Below are positions 29,835-39,162 of a DNA stretch of 64,000 bases, in pieces; position 1 is the first letter of the stretch, and every line of letters starts with the position of its first letter. This DNA is from Promethearchaeota archaeon (lineage in GTDB: Archaea; Asgardarchaeota; Lokiarchaeia; Sigyniarchaeales; SOKP01). Both the position numbers and the translations under genes were made by a program. The notes beneath the pieces are model-generated. The model had not been told where the DNA came from. It worked only from the letters and a program-made list of their open reading frames with translations, and did not search any database. The stretch covers positions 128,001-192,000 of the forward strand of contig JAHLWP010000003.1 of the NCBI GenBank assembly GCA_019057865.1, in the 5' to 3' direction.

Positions 29835-30479
29835 TTGTTAACGATGGAAAAACTAAATAAAATCTATGAAAAAATTCATGCAAGTTATTTTACTATCATA
29901 GGAGTCATAATATTCATGATTGGGCTTATACCCGCGATTTTAGTACACCCTGATTTTAGCTTTTTGTCTACATTTATCAGTAATTTAGGAGAACCCTCAT
30001 CAAATGACTTATGGATATATTTTAATGTTCTATGGTTTATCACAGGAATATTCATGATCCTCTTTATATTTGGTTTTACTCAATACTTGCAACAAAAAGG
30101 AGCTTATATATTGGGAACTTGGATAATGCTTATTTTTAGTGTACTTTCAGCAGGAGGAATTCTAGGTTTAGCAATATTTAATGCAGAAGATGCGTACAAA
30201 ATGCACTACATTTCAGAATTGATTTTCTTCTTTACAGGAATACTATACCTTTTTGGTTATGCAGCTCTAGAAAATAAGATATCAGATTTCCCTAAATGGC
30301 AAGCTATATTTAATATAATAGTTGCGTTTTTCTTTATAATATATTTGATTTTATTAATAGTTAATAGGATAAATGAAGATGTTGCAGTGGAAGCTCGAAC
30401 TCTTGCTGAGTGGTTATTTCTCTTCGCAAACCTAACTTGGTTTTTTGAAAATGGAGTTTTTGTACTAAAAATAAAATAA
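29835..30479 (+). CDS. DUF998/Frag1-like membrane protein
   Basis: ISNLG motif, conserved H and EW, about 6 TM helices. Confidence 0.75.
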   Translation: MLTMEKLNKIYEKIHASYFTIIGVIIFMIGLIPAILVHPDFSFLSTFISNLGEPSSNDLWIYFNVLWFITGIFMILFIFGFTQYLQQKGAYILGTWIMLIFSVLSAGGILGLAIFNAEDAYKMHYISELIFFFTGILYLFGYAALENKISDFPKWQAIFNIIVAFFFIIYLILLIVNRINEDVAVEARTLAEWLFLFANLTWFFENGVFVLKIK

Positions 30480-30498
30480 TTTTTATCTAATCTTTTTT

Positions 30499-30831
30499 TT
30501 ATAATTCCTTATTTAATTGAATAAGATTTGGATTTAAAAATACATTTTGGCACATAGGACATGCATTATATTTTATCAACCAAGATGATACGCAATAATC
30601 ATGATATTTACTACCACAATAGGAGCAAGTTATAGTTTTAGCTTCATTATAATTTATATATTTGTGGCAAATTATACATTGAATTCTTTGATTTGATACC
30701 TTAATCTTTTCAATTCTTAATTGTTTTCCACAATAACAACAAAAATTCGCTTTATTCTTATTATGATCAGGTAGCTTATTACCACAATAGGTACAATAAT
30801 TATAACTATATTTAGACAAGATACTTTTCAC
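30499..30831 (-). CDS. Zinc-ribbon plus RING-variant (C4HC3) protein, putative E3 ligase
   Basis: CTYCG...FCCYCG; CIIC..CSYC....HDYC..SWL.....CPMC. The start is more likely GTG 30831 or TTG 30819 than 30942. Confidence 0.8.
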   Translation of the reverse strand: MKSILSKYSYNYCTYCGNKLPDHNKNKANFCCYCGKQLRIEKIKVSNQRIQCIICHKYINYNEAKTITCSYCGSKYHDYCVSSWLIKYNACPMCQNVFLNPNLIQLNKEL

Positions 30832-30958
30832 TATTATCTGTTTTTTTAGATCACTCTTTAACTTAATATCAAATATCAATAAAAGTAATAAAATGATCTT
30901 TAGTCCAATTTTTAGAAGAAAAAAAGATTTTATTAGAAGCAAAGATAAAAAGAGTTGG

Positions 30959-31747
30959 TTATTTGTATTTAGAGATAAATTCCTTCAAGGGAGTAATATA
31001 TTCATTTTTAAAAGAGAAGATATTATTATGACCAGCTCCCTCTATTAATATTAAATTTTTTTCAACGATCTCAGGGAGAATTTTATATATAAGTATTCCT
31101 TCTTCAGTTGGAATAATCCAATCTGCTGTTCCATGAATAACTAGAACAGGCTTTTTAAATTTCTTTATTCTTGTATCATTGGAGTACTCATTTAAGGATT
31201 CTGGAGTGATTTCAGGACTATTAACTCTAAATAACCGTGTCATCATATTATAAGCACTAGCAAATCCGCTTTCAAAAATAATTCCACGTAAACCATCGGG
31301 ATTATGGGCCCCAATTTCAGAAGCACAAACACTTCCAATTGAACGACCTAGGATAAATAGAGAATCGTTTAAATTATTATTATGCATCCACTTATAAAAT
31401 TCATTATAAATTGGCATTGCATCTGTTATTAGACTACTATAAATTGGTTCACCGGAGCTAAATCCATAGCCGCGAAAATCAACAACCGCTAAGTTAACAT
31501 CACATTCAAAAAAAAAGTCTAAAAAGTATCGATATTCTAATGCAATCTCTCCATTTCCATGGAAGAGTAGAATTGTTGGCAATTCTTTATTGTTTAAGTA
31601 GAAAAATCCACCAATTATTATGTATTTACTAATTTGAAATTGTAAAACTTCAATATTGGCTTCTAACTTTTGTGGAATTGGTGTTTTTCGAGGATAAAAT
31701 ACAACATTGGAAATAGCAGGATTATCAATGAATGATTTTTTTACCAT
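30959..31747 (-). CDS. Alpha/beta hydrolase (ABHD13/17, Bem46-like)
   Basis: FHGNGE, DFRGYGFSSG, GRSIG, IHGTAD, GAGHNN. Confidence 0.9.
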   Translation of the reverse strand: MVKKSFIDNPAISNVVFYPRKTPIPQKLEANIEVLQFQISKYIIIGGFFYLNNKELPTILLFHGNGEIALEYRYFLDFFFECDVNLAVVDFRGYGFSSGEPIYSSLITDAMPIYNEFYKWMHNNNLNDSLFILGRSIGSVCASEIGAHNPDGLRGIIFESGFASAYNMMTRLFRVNSPEITPESLNEYSNDTRIKKFKKPVLVIHGTADWIIPTEEGILIYKILPEIVEKNLILIEGAGHNNIFSFKNEYITPLKEFISKYK

Positions 31748-31910
31748 ATTAGAATATCTTCTCTTATTGCATTTTTATAAAATTGCTCAAATGCTTATAT
31801 TTTTTTTTAAAATTTTTGTACAAAATGCATAACTTTTAAATAAAATTGAGATAAGTATTTACCTGCATTTGTATCCAATTATAAAAAAATAAAAGAGGTT
31901 TTGATTAATT

Positions 31911-32216
31911 ATGGGAATTATAATGGTAACTGTATGGTATCCAATGCATAAAAATGCTGATATAGCAAAAATATATCTAAAACGGCCCAGAGAGATACCT
32001 TTTGTAACAAAATGGCGAGCTTTCAATACACCAGCAGGAACAGATGGGTTTAAGCAATACCATATAATTTACACTGAAAGAGGGAAACTTGAAGAGGCAG
32101 GATTGGAGATATATAAATATTTTATGCCATTTACCAGTATTGAAGGTTTTAATTTGCTATTTGAACCACTAACAGGAGTATCAGATAGCTTTAAATTAAT
32201 GGGAATGACTTGGTAG
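31911..32216 (+). CDS. Hypothetical protein (small alpha/beta)
   Basis: 101 aa; ATG preceded by AGAGG. Confidence 0.7.
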   Translation: MGIIMVTVWYPMHKNADIAKIYLKRPREIPFVTKWRAFNTPAGTDGFKQYHIIYTERGKLEEAGLEIYKYFMPFTSIEGFNLLFEPLTGVSDSFKLMGMTW

Positions 32217-32247
32217 TAAAATTAATCAATATTTTAAATCTTTTTTT

Positions 32248-32812
32248 TTATTTTCTATTTAATTTTTTCTTATATAATACTAAAAGAACTGAAACTGTAC
32301 TAAGCAATATTAAAAAGAATATTCCAAATGAAAAATTAATAGCTTGTCCATTTTCATCTAAGCATGTTTCATAACCCTCAGCTTCCCAGGCTAAAATACC
32401 TCCAACCATATTGTAGACTTTCGTAAAATTTTGATTTACAAGAAACAGGCTTCCAGTTTCACTTCTACCACCAGTTCTGCAATATATAATAATCTCTGTA
32501 TCCTTATAAGGTTCAAGCTCGCTAATTCTTGTTGCGAGCTCACCAAGCGGTATCAATATTGCATTACATAAATGACCTTCATCATATTCCCATTGATCTC
32601 TTACATCCAAAACAATTAGATCAGGATATTGGGTATTATTATTTTATCATGTCACGTGCTGTGTGTACATTAATATTTGTATAAGTTTGTGCTTTAACAT
32701 TAACTATTGAGACGTAATTAAAAGATAAGAAAAATAACAATAGAACTAGAATAAGAACTGTATATTTATGGATTTTAGAATTTGAATCGATTCTTGCCTT
32801 ATTTCTTCTCAT
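32248..32812 (-). pseudogene. Exported, C-terminally anchored rhodanese-domain protein with a single-base frameshift near 32643
   Basis: ATG 32812 gives signal peptide + QTYTNINVHTARDMI, then AAA TAA TAA. Removing one A joins it to NNNTQYPDLIVLDVR...GHL..A...YCRTGGRS...GGILAW and a C-terminal TM helix. Confidence 0.8.
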
Positions 32813-32823
32813 GTCCCATTAAT

Positions 32824-33570
32824 TTATTTAGCTTTTCCTTGAGCTGCTACAGCTTCCATTGCCTCTTTAACTTTCTCAGCTTCTCCAAGGTAATAATGCT
32901 TTAGCGGCTTTAAATCATCATCAAGTTCATAAATAAGAGGAATTCCTGTAGGAATATTTAAACTCACTATTTCCTCTTCTGGTACATTATCTAAATATTT
33001 CACTAATGCACGCAAACTATTTCCATGGGCAGATATCAGCACTTTTTTTCCGGATTTAATAGTGGGTGCTATTACATCATGCCAGTAGGGCAAAAATCGC
33101 TCAACCGTATCTTTTAAGCATTCTGTTTGTGGTATATCCTTTGGATCTAAATTTTTATATATAGGATCATTTCCGGGATATCTGGGATCTGTTGTTTTAA
33201 GAGCAGGCGGAGGGGTATCATAACTCCTTCTCCAAATAAGTACTTGTTCTTCACCTACTTCTGCTGCCATTTTAGCCTTATAAAAACCCTGTAATGCTCC
33301 ATAATGCCTTTCATTTAATCGCCATGAGCGATAGACAGGGATCCACATTAAATTCATATGATCTAAAACTATCCATAGAGTTCTTATACCTCTTTTCAAT
33401 ACAGATGTATAGGCTATATCAAACGTATAACCTCCTTCTTTCAATAATCTAGCCCCTTCTTCTGCTTCTTCAATTCCTTTTTCTGAAAGATCTACATCGG
33501 TCCATCCAGTAAATCTATTTTCTTTATTCCAAGTGCTTTCTCCATGTCTTTGCAGCACTAATATGTAGAT
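32824..33570 (-). CDS. gpmA: 2,3-bisphosphoglycerate-dependent phosphoglycerate mutase
   Basis: [35 protein letters not shown]. Probable start ATC 33570 (6 nt after GAGGTGA); the track's GTG at 33558 cuts the first strand. Confidence 0.95.
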   Translation of the reverse strand: MYILVLQRHGESTWNKENRFTGWTDVDLSEKGIEEAEEGARLLKEGGYTFDIAYTSVLKRGIRTLWIVLDHMNLMWIPVYRSWRLNERHYGALQGFYKAKMAAEVGEEQVLIWRRSYDTPPPALKTTDPRYPGNDPIYKNLDPKDIPQTECLKDTVERFLPYWHDVIAPTIKSGKKVLISAHGNSLRALVKYLDNVPEEEIVSLNIPTGIPLIYELDDDLKPLKHYYLGEAEKVKEAMEAVAAQGKAK

Positions 33571-33693
33571 ATCAATTCACCTCATTAATCAACTTATTTT
33601 AAAATTTTAAATATTTTTAACTTAAATATATCTATTTATATTTTTAATTAAATTATTTTAAAAAATAAAATTTACACTTATGAGAGATAAATA

Positions 33694-34359
33694 GTGATAA
33701 AAAAAGGTATATTGAAAGGAGGAAAACGCACAGAAGCAAATTGGAATAATTCTAAATTAGGTGAACCTTTTAAAGAAGCTTTAGATCAATTTAAAGAAAA
33801 GGTTTTAAATAGAAACGATTTCGATCCAACATCATTACTCCAATTCGGGCTGTTTATGTCCATGGGAGTAATTAATATATTAAAAGAGAATGAAGCTAGA
33901 TTTGGATTAGAAGGTCAAAAAGCAGTAAATGATGCACTAATAAAAACTGGATATATGGTAGGAGAACAAATAGTAAAGGATATTACTATTCCATTAGAAA
34001 TAAGCCCTATAGAATTGATGAGTTTTTTGGCAACAATTATAAACACACAAGCATGGACATCTATAGAGGATCCACGAATAGATAACGATAAACAGTGTTC
34101 ATTTGATATATTGTGGTGTCCACTACAAGATGTGTATTCAGCTTTTGATTGTAGAGTTCAAAGATACTTAGTACAAGGAATTATAAACGCATTTAGAGAT
34201 TCCAATATATTAGATAACGAATATCAAATAGAATTCACAAAAACTATTCCCGCAGGAGCAGAATGCTGTAATTTCATCATTTCTGAGAAAAGACCCGGAG
34301 AAATAGATAAATGGGAAGTTTATTCAAAAATGTTAGAAAAGAAAGCACTTAAGAAATAA
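33694..34359 (+). CDS. V4R/ATC-hydrolase-like ligand-binding protein
   Basis: WCPL...DC...TKTIPAGAECCNF pattern. Confidence 0.65.
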   Translation: MIKKGILKGGKRTEANWNNSKLGEPFKEALDQFKEKVLNRNDFDPTSLLQFGLFMSMGVINILKENEARFGLEGQKAVNDALIKTGYMVGEQIVKDITIPLEISPIELMSFLATIINTQAWTSIEDPRIDNDKQCSFDILWCPLQDVYSAFDCRVQRYLVQGIINAFRDSNILDNEYQIEFTKTIPAGAECCNFIISEKRPGEIDKWEVYSKMLEKKALKK

Positions 34360-34395
34360 GATTTATCTAACTTAAATAACAAAATCATTAAAATC

Positions 34396-35310
34396 TTAAT
34401 TACCTTTATTAACTTTCTTTTTTCGTATAAATTGGTGGACATTAAATTGGGTTCTTTCACCTGTATCTACAACTCTTCTTACTGCTTGTTTCTTACTATC
34501 TTCAATTACTTTTTGAACAGGTTGGTATTTTCTGGCTGGATTTCCAATATAAATCCAATTTGGGTCCAAAATTTGATTAATATGAGTAACTGTCCACACA
34601 CCTAAGGTTGTTCCTTTACAAACAATAGTACCGGGAGTAACTATACAATTTGCTCCAAGTACAACATGATCTCCTATAATTACTTTTTTAATTAAAAGAT
34701 AGTCTATATTATCAATTCTAATAATAATACTTGAAAAAACTTGGGCAGCTTGTCCAATCATTATATTGTTTCCAAAATCAATAAATTCAACGTCACTCCA
34801 ACCATCAAACATAGTACTTTTAAAATCTGCTCTCATATCACACATTTTGAATGCAAAATTGTTTACCCAGGGAAAACAAAAATTATTCCATATCCAAAAG
34901 ATGTATTTTTTCACAGTTACTCTTAAACAAAAAAAGTAGTAATCTCTATCATGAATATCCACTTTAAAAAGACCTTCTCTGGGTCTATGAAGTAGTTTTA
35001 AAATTATTAAAATAAACTTTCCAAAAAGCAAACTAATAAGAAGATAAGATCCCCACCATACAAAAATATCAACACCTATAACTAAAATACGCCAGTGAAA
35101 GAAATTCGAATCCATTGCAAAACCATAAAAAGTTAAAATCATCACAGAAGGCATCATAAAGGATAAAATATGTAATAATAGGAAGAGAATTACTCCCATA
35201 TAATTCCAAGTAAAAACATTAGTTGTTATAGGGATTTTTTTTATATCGATCGATTTAATATCTTCGATTCTTGAAATCGATTTTTCACTCTCCATCATAT
35301 TCTCCTCCAA
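34396..35310 (-). CDS. Membrane protein with left-handed beta-helix (hexapeptide) acyltransferase-like domain
   Basis: 2 TM + HRPREG + IGDHVVLGANCIVTPGTIV + YIGNPAR. Confidence 0.8.
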   Translation of the reverse strand: MEENMMESEKSISRIEDIKSIDIKKIPITTNVFTWNYMGVILFLLLHILSFMMPSVMILTFYGFAMDSNFFHWRILVIGVDIFVWWGSYLLISLLFGKFILIILKLLHRPREGLFKVDIHDRDYYFFCLRVTVKKYIFWIWNNFCFPWVNNFAFKMCDMRADFKSTMFDGWSDVEFIDFGNNIMIGQAAQVFSSIIIRIDNIDYLLIKKVIIGDHVVLGANCIVTPGTIVCKGTTLGVWTVTHINQILDPNWIYIGNPARKYQPVQKVIEDSKKQAVRRVVDTGERTQFNVHQFIRKKKVNKGN

Positions 35311-36736
35311 AAATTTCTTTAATTTCGTTTATATCAAGTTTTTTTGCAGGGAATCCACCATATATTCCATTCTTTCCGATTTTATCATATTTAATTGTCG
35401 CACACATGGGTAATATAGTTGAATTATCTCCCATTTCCAATCCTGGCAGTGATCCATTTGAAGCACTAAAAATACAATTATTGCCAACATCTGCTCCAAA
35501 AAAAGTTAAATTTTCTTCCCCATATACACCATCAACTAAATGATTAGTAATATGGGCAAACGTCCCAATATAGCAATTTTTCCCAAAATCGATATGGCTA
35601 TGGAAAAAAGCTTCCTCAAAAATTGTATTTTTTCCAACTTGATTAGATCTTATGAATTTTAATTCCCAATTTATTAACCACGGAAATGGAGAACGTATAA
35701 ATGCGAAAATTGGGTATTTGAATAAAAAGGATCTAAAATGATAATAATCTAAGACTGTAGAAGATTCATCTAAGTTTCGATCATATACGCCTTGTTCTGG
35801 TCCTCTTTCATCTGCTAATTTATAGAACCATTTTGTAAATAGAGCAACAAAAAATAAGTGCAATAAATATATTCCAATTAGAATTAAAGGAGTTAATAAT
35901 AATATAATTACATTTATACTCAAAAGTGATTCTAACGATAATGTTGTTGATAAGGTATATGGAATTAACATCCCGAAAAGAAATAGGATAAACAAAAATC
36001 CAGGAATTATAAAGGAACATCCTATAATAACCCACCCGGTAATAATGTAAAAATGAAATGGTACTGATAATTCTTTTACATATGCTCTTAAATCTTCTTC
36101 ATTAAACTCTTTTTCAATAGCTTCCTCAAAAATTAAGGTTTCAAGTGCTTCTACATTATTGCTTAAATGATTTTCCTCTAGTTTTTTAGCAGGTACGCCC
36201 TGATATACTGAATCACTTTCAAGATATTGATTAATGGTTGTCATAGATATTACATTAAGAATAGTATTTGGTTCAATTACAGTTCCGGGTAAAACGACAG
36301 CATGAGCACCAATAATTACATTATCTTTAATTATCACCTTTTTTATGATTAATTTATCTTGAACAATTATATTAGACATTATAAGGCTACCTTGACCGAT
36401 TTTTACATTTTTACCAAATTCAACAAATTCACAATCAACCCACCCTTCATTTAAGGAATTAGAAAAAGATGTTTTTACTCCTAAAATTTTAAAAGCTAGA
36501 GATTCGAGCAAAGGTAAAGATAATTGACGAGCTAACCATACAGGCCATTTTTTTATAACAGATCTTAAACTCCAATAACAATAATCTTTATCCTTTTTGT
36601 TTCTAAAAAAAACACCTTCTTTAGGTTTATGTATTAAATTTACAAAAGATACCGCGACTTTTGCAACTATAATAGAACTCAAAATTAAAAGAATAACACC
36701 TATAAAAAAAACTAAAGGAAAAAGAAAATAAAACAT
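35285..36736 (-). CDS. Membrane protein with two TM + hexapeptide-repeat units; 5' part (to about 36900) appears frameshifted
   Basis: Units end YQGVPAK and YGGFPAK. Upstream in-frame IIITLSAQPSILWIWYFW has no start codon, and another frame reads IPASLREGPRTTNVLAKKRY. Confidence 0.8.
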   Translation of the reverse strand: MFYFLFPLVFFIGVILLILSSIIVAKVAVSFVNLIHKPKEGVFFRNKKDKDYCYWSLRSVIKKWPVWLARQLSLPLLESLAFKILGVKTSFSNSLNEGWVDCEFVEFGKNVKIGQGSLIMSNIIVQDKLIIKKVIIKDNVIIGAHAVVLPGTVIEPNTILNVISMTTINQYLESDSVYQGVPAKKLEENHLSNNVEALETLIFEEAIEKEFNEEDLRAYVKELSVPFHFYIITGWVIIGCSFIIPGFLFILFLFGMLIPYTLSTTLSLESLLSINVIILLLTPLILIGIYLLHLFFVALFTKWFYKLADERGPEQGVYDRNLDESSTVLDYYHFRSFLFKYPIFAFIRSPFPWLINWELKFIRSNQVGKNTIFEEAFFHSHIDFGKNCYIGTFAHITNHLVDGVYGEENLTFFGADVGNNCIFSASNGSLPGLEMGDNSTILPMCATIKYDKIGKNGIYGGFPAKKLDINEIKEIFGGEYDGE

Positions 36737-37132
36737 TAGATCCAGTTTAGGAAAATGCTGCCAGAAGTACCAAATCCATAAAATTGATGGTTGAGCGCTT
36801 AAAGTTATAATTATAAAATATAAAATTAGGTATCTTTTTTTAGCTAAAACATTTGTTGTTCTTGGTCCTTCTCGTAAAGATGCTGGAATAGAGATCTTAG
36901 ATTCACTTCATTTTTTAGTGTAATCGGGTATAAATACTAAAAATAAAGAAATAACAGTAGTTAAATCTTTTTGTCAAAAAATCTATACTAAGAACAATTG
37001 GATTTTTTATTATTTTATTGAAATAATTGTAAAAAACTGCATTATTAAAGAAAATTGAAATACAATTTACTATTAATTCTAATAAAATTAAAGATCATTT
37101 TCATATTGTAAATTTAATGAGGATAAATAAGA

Positions 37133-38662
37133 ATGATTGAATCGTTTTTCTGGTGGACACAGGAACAAAAACTCATTTCTAATAAAGTTTCTCAGTTTGT
37201 AGATGATAACTTTGAAGAAGCTGAAAAGTACTTTTGGAATACAAAATTTCCTTGGCCATTGGTGAGAAAAGTTGCTGATGAGGGATATTTTGGAGCAGCT
37301 GTTCCTAAAAAGTATGGAGGTTTAGAATTGGGCGCAACTGGAGGTTGTATTGTTGCAGAACAATTGGGCCGTCTATATGCCGTAGGTCATGTGTTTACAG
37401 TAAGTATACTTGCTGGATTAGAACAAATATTAAGATTTGCTAATGATGACCAAAAAGAACAGTGGCTTCCGAAAATCGCAAGTGGAGAAGAACTAGGTGC
37501 ACTCTGTATCACAGAACCCTTTGCTGGATCTGACGCCGCAAACATTTTTACAACTGCAGAAAAAGATGGAGATGAGTGGGTAATAAATGGTAAAAAAAGA
37601 TTTATTACGGGTGCTGGAGTTTCAGACAGATATTTTATATATGCCAAAACTAATGACGATCCCTCTATTCGTAAACAATATGGCCATTTGACCTCTTTTA
37701 TAGTAGAAAAAGGGAGACCTGGTTTTACGCTTGAAAAAATTAATCCATTAATTGGATTTGATAATGTACCAAATGGATATATTGACTTTGAAAATGTTAG
37801 AATACCAGACGAAAACCGGATTGGTGCAGTAGGGAAAGGTTGGAATGTGATGATGGCAGGGTTAAATTTTGAACGGCTTATTGGATCTGCAGTAATGATT
37901 GGTGGATTTAAAGATATAATTGCTTTATTATTTCATTACACCAGACGTAGAGTTCAATTTCGACGTACAACCAATCGTTTCCAAGGAAACGCAGATGGCA
38001 TCGCTGATATTATATCTAAATATAAAATGGCTAGATTATTTTCTTATCATTGTGCAAAGCTTCTAGATGATGGGATGGAGCCCATGGTTGATGCCTCTAT
38101 TGCTAAAAAGATGAATACGGAATGGATGAGAGAAGTAGGAATAACTGCTATCCAAATTATGGGTGGTGATGGATTAACTAAATTTTATCCTGCTGAACGT
38201 ATGCTTCGTGAAGGAAAGATTGGTGAAATTGTCGCAGGTACTTCAGAGATTCAAAATTTGATTATATATCGCTTCTCGGCAATGCTTCCAATCTACAACG
38301 CAGCTTTGAGATTTAGGTGGAATGATGAGGTTAACGCACCCATTATCTCAAAAAAAGAGTCAAAATTTAAAGGATTAGAGCTTAATGAAGAAAATTTATT
38401 AAAGGTTATCGCTCATGATTATAAAGTTAATCCAGGATTATATATGACTCCAGATGATGTTAGAGAGGATATAGGTGGGAGCCGTTCGGCGATAAGGAAT
38501 ATTTTTGAATCCTTAGAAAAACAAAACCTAATCGTTACCCATCGAGATCGTCAGGGTAAGATTGTTTTGGTGAAAGCCACTTATGTTGGTTTACAAAAAG
38601 CATTTCCTAAAGAATATTACCAGTGGTTTCCAGAGTGGTATGATGATTCAGATAAGTTTTAA
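37133..38662 (+). CDS. Acyl-CoA dehydrogenase with C-terminal winged-helix-like extension
   Basis: ALCITEPFAGSD, INGKKRFIT, RRVQF, IQIMGGDG, IVAGTSEIQ; about 120 extra C-terminal residues. Confidence 0.92.
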   Translation: MIESFFWWTQEQKLISNKVSQFVDDNFEEAEKYFWNTKFPWPLVRKVADEGYFGAAVPKKYGGLELGATGGCIVAEQLGRLYAVGHVFTVSILAGLEQILRFANDDQKEQWLPKIASGEELGALCITEPFAGSDAANIFTTAEKDGDEWVINGKKRFITGAGVSDRYFIYAKTNDDPSIRKQYGHLTSFIVEKGRPGFTLEKINPLIGFDNVPNGYIDFENVRIPDENRIGAVGKGWNVMMAGLNFERLIGSAVMIGGFKDIIALLFHYTRRRVQFRRTTNRFQGNADGIADIISKYKMARLFSYHCAKLLDDGMEPMVDASIAKKMNTEWMREVGITAIQIMGGDGLTKFYPAERMLREGKIGEIVAGTSEIQNLIIYRFSAMLPIYNAALRFRWNDEVNAPIISKKESKFKGLELNEENLLKVIAHDYKVNPGLYMTPDDVREDIGGSRSAIRNIFESLEKQNLIVTHRDRQGKIVLVKATYVGLQKAFPKEYYQWFPEWYDDSDKF

Positions 38663-38699
38663 ATAGCTTATTTTTATTTTCTTTTCTTTTAAAATTCAA

Positions 38700-39053
38700 T
38701 TATTCGATTTCAAAATCTTTAATCATATCAACCTTTTTATTAGCATCAAGAGTGATTGCGATAAGTTTTGGGTTTTCATCATCCTCATCTTCAGGATCAT
38801 ACATTACAAAATAAAAAATATTACCTTCACTTTCAAAACCAACTTCCATTTCACCAACTTCAGGTAATATCTTTTTAATATTATCTGGAGCATTATCTTT
38901 AAGTATATTAAATATAGAATCTTCAAGTTTTTCCTGTTTTTTTCTTATTTCCTTAATTTTAGAGAAATCAAATTGTCCAAGAGATTCTTGAGCTTTTTTA
39001 TTTAAATCATTCCATTCTTGGAACATGCTTTCCAAACTAGGTTCTGATGCCAT
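38700..39053 (-). CDS. Hypothetical protein
   Basis: 117-aa ORF with ATG start and typical composition. Confidence 0.7.
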   Translation of the reverse strand: MASEPSLESMFQEWNDLNKKAQESLGQFDFSKIKEIRKKQEKLEDSIFNILKDNAPDNIKKILPEVGEMEVGFESEGNIFYFVMYDPEDEDDENPKLIAITLDANKKVDMIKDFEIE

Positions 39054-39162
39054 AAGAACTTATTTCATTTGATAAAAATAAAACTTGTTATTATCAAGGA
39101 AATAAATATTAATTGAATATTCTTTATTAGATTATAAAATCTTAAATTAAAGGTGTTAAAAA

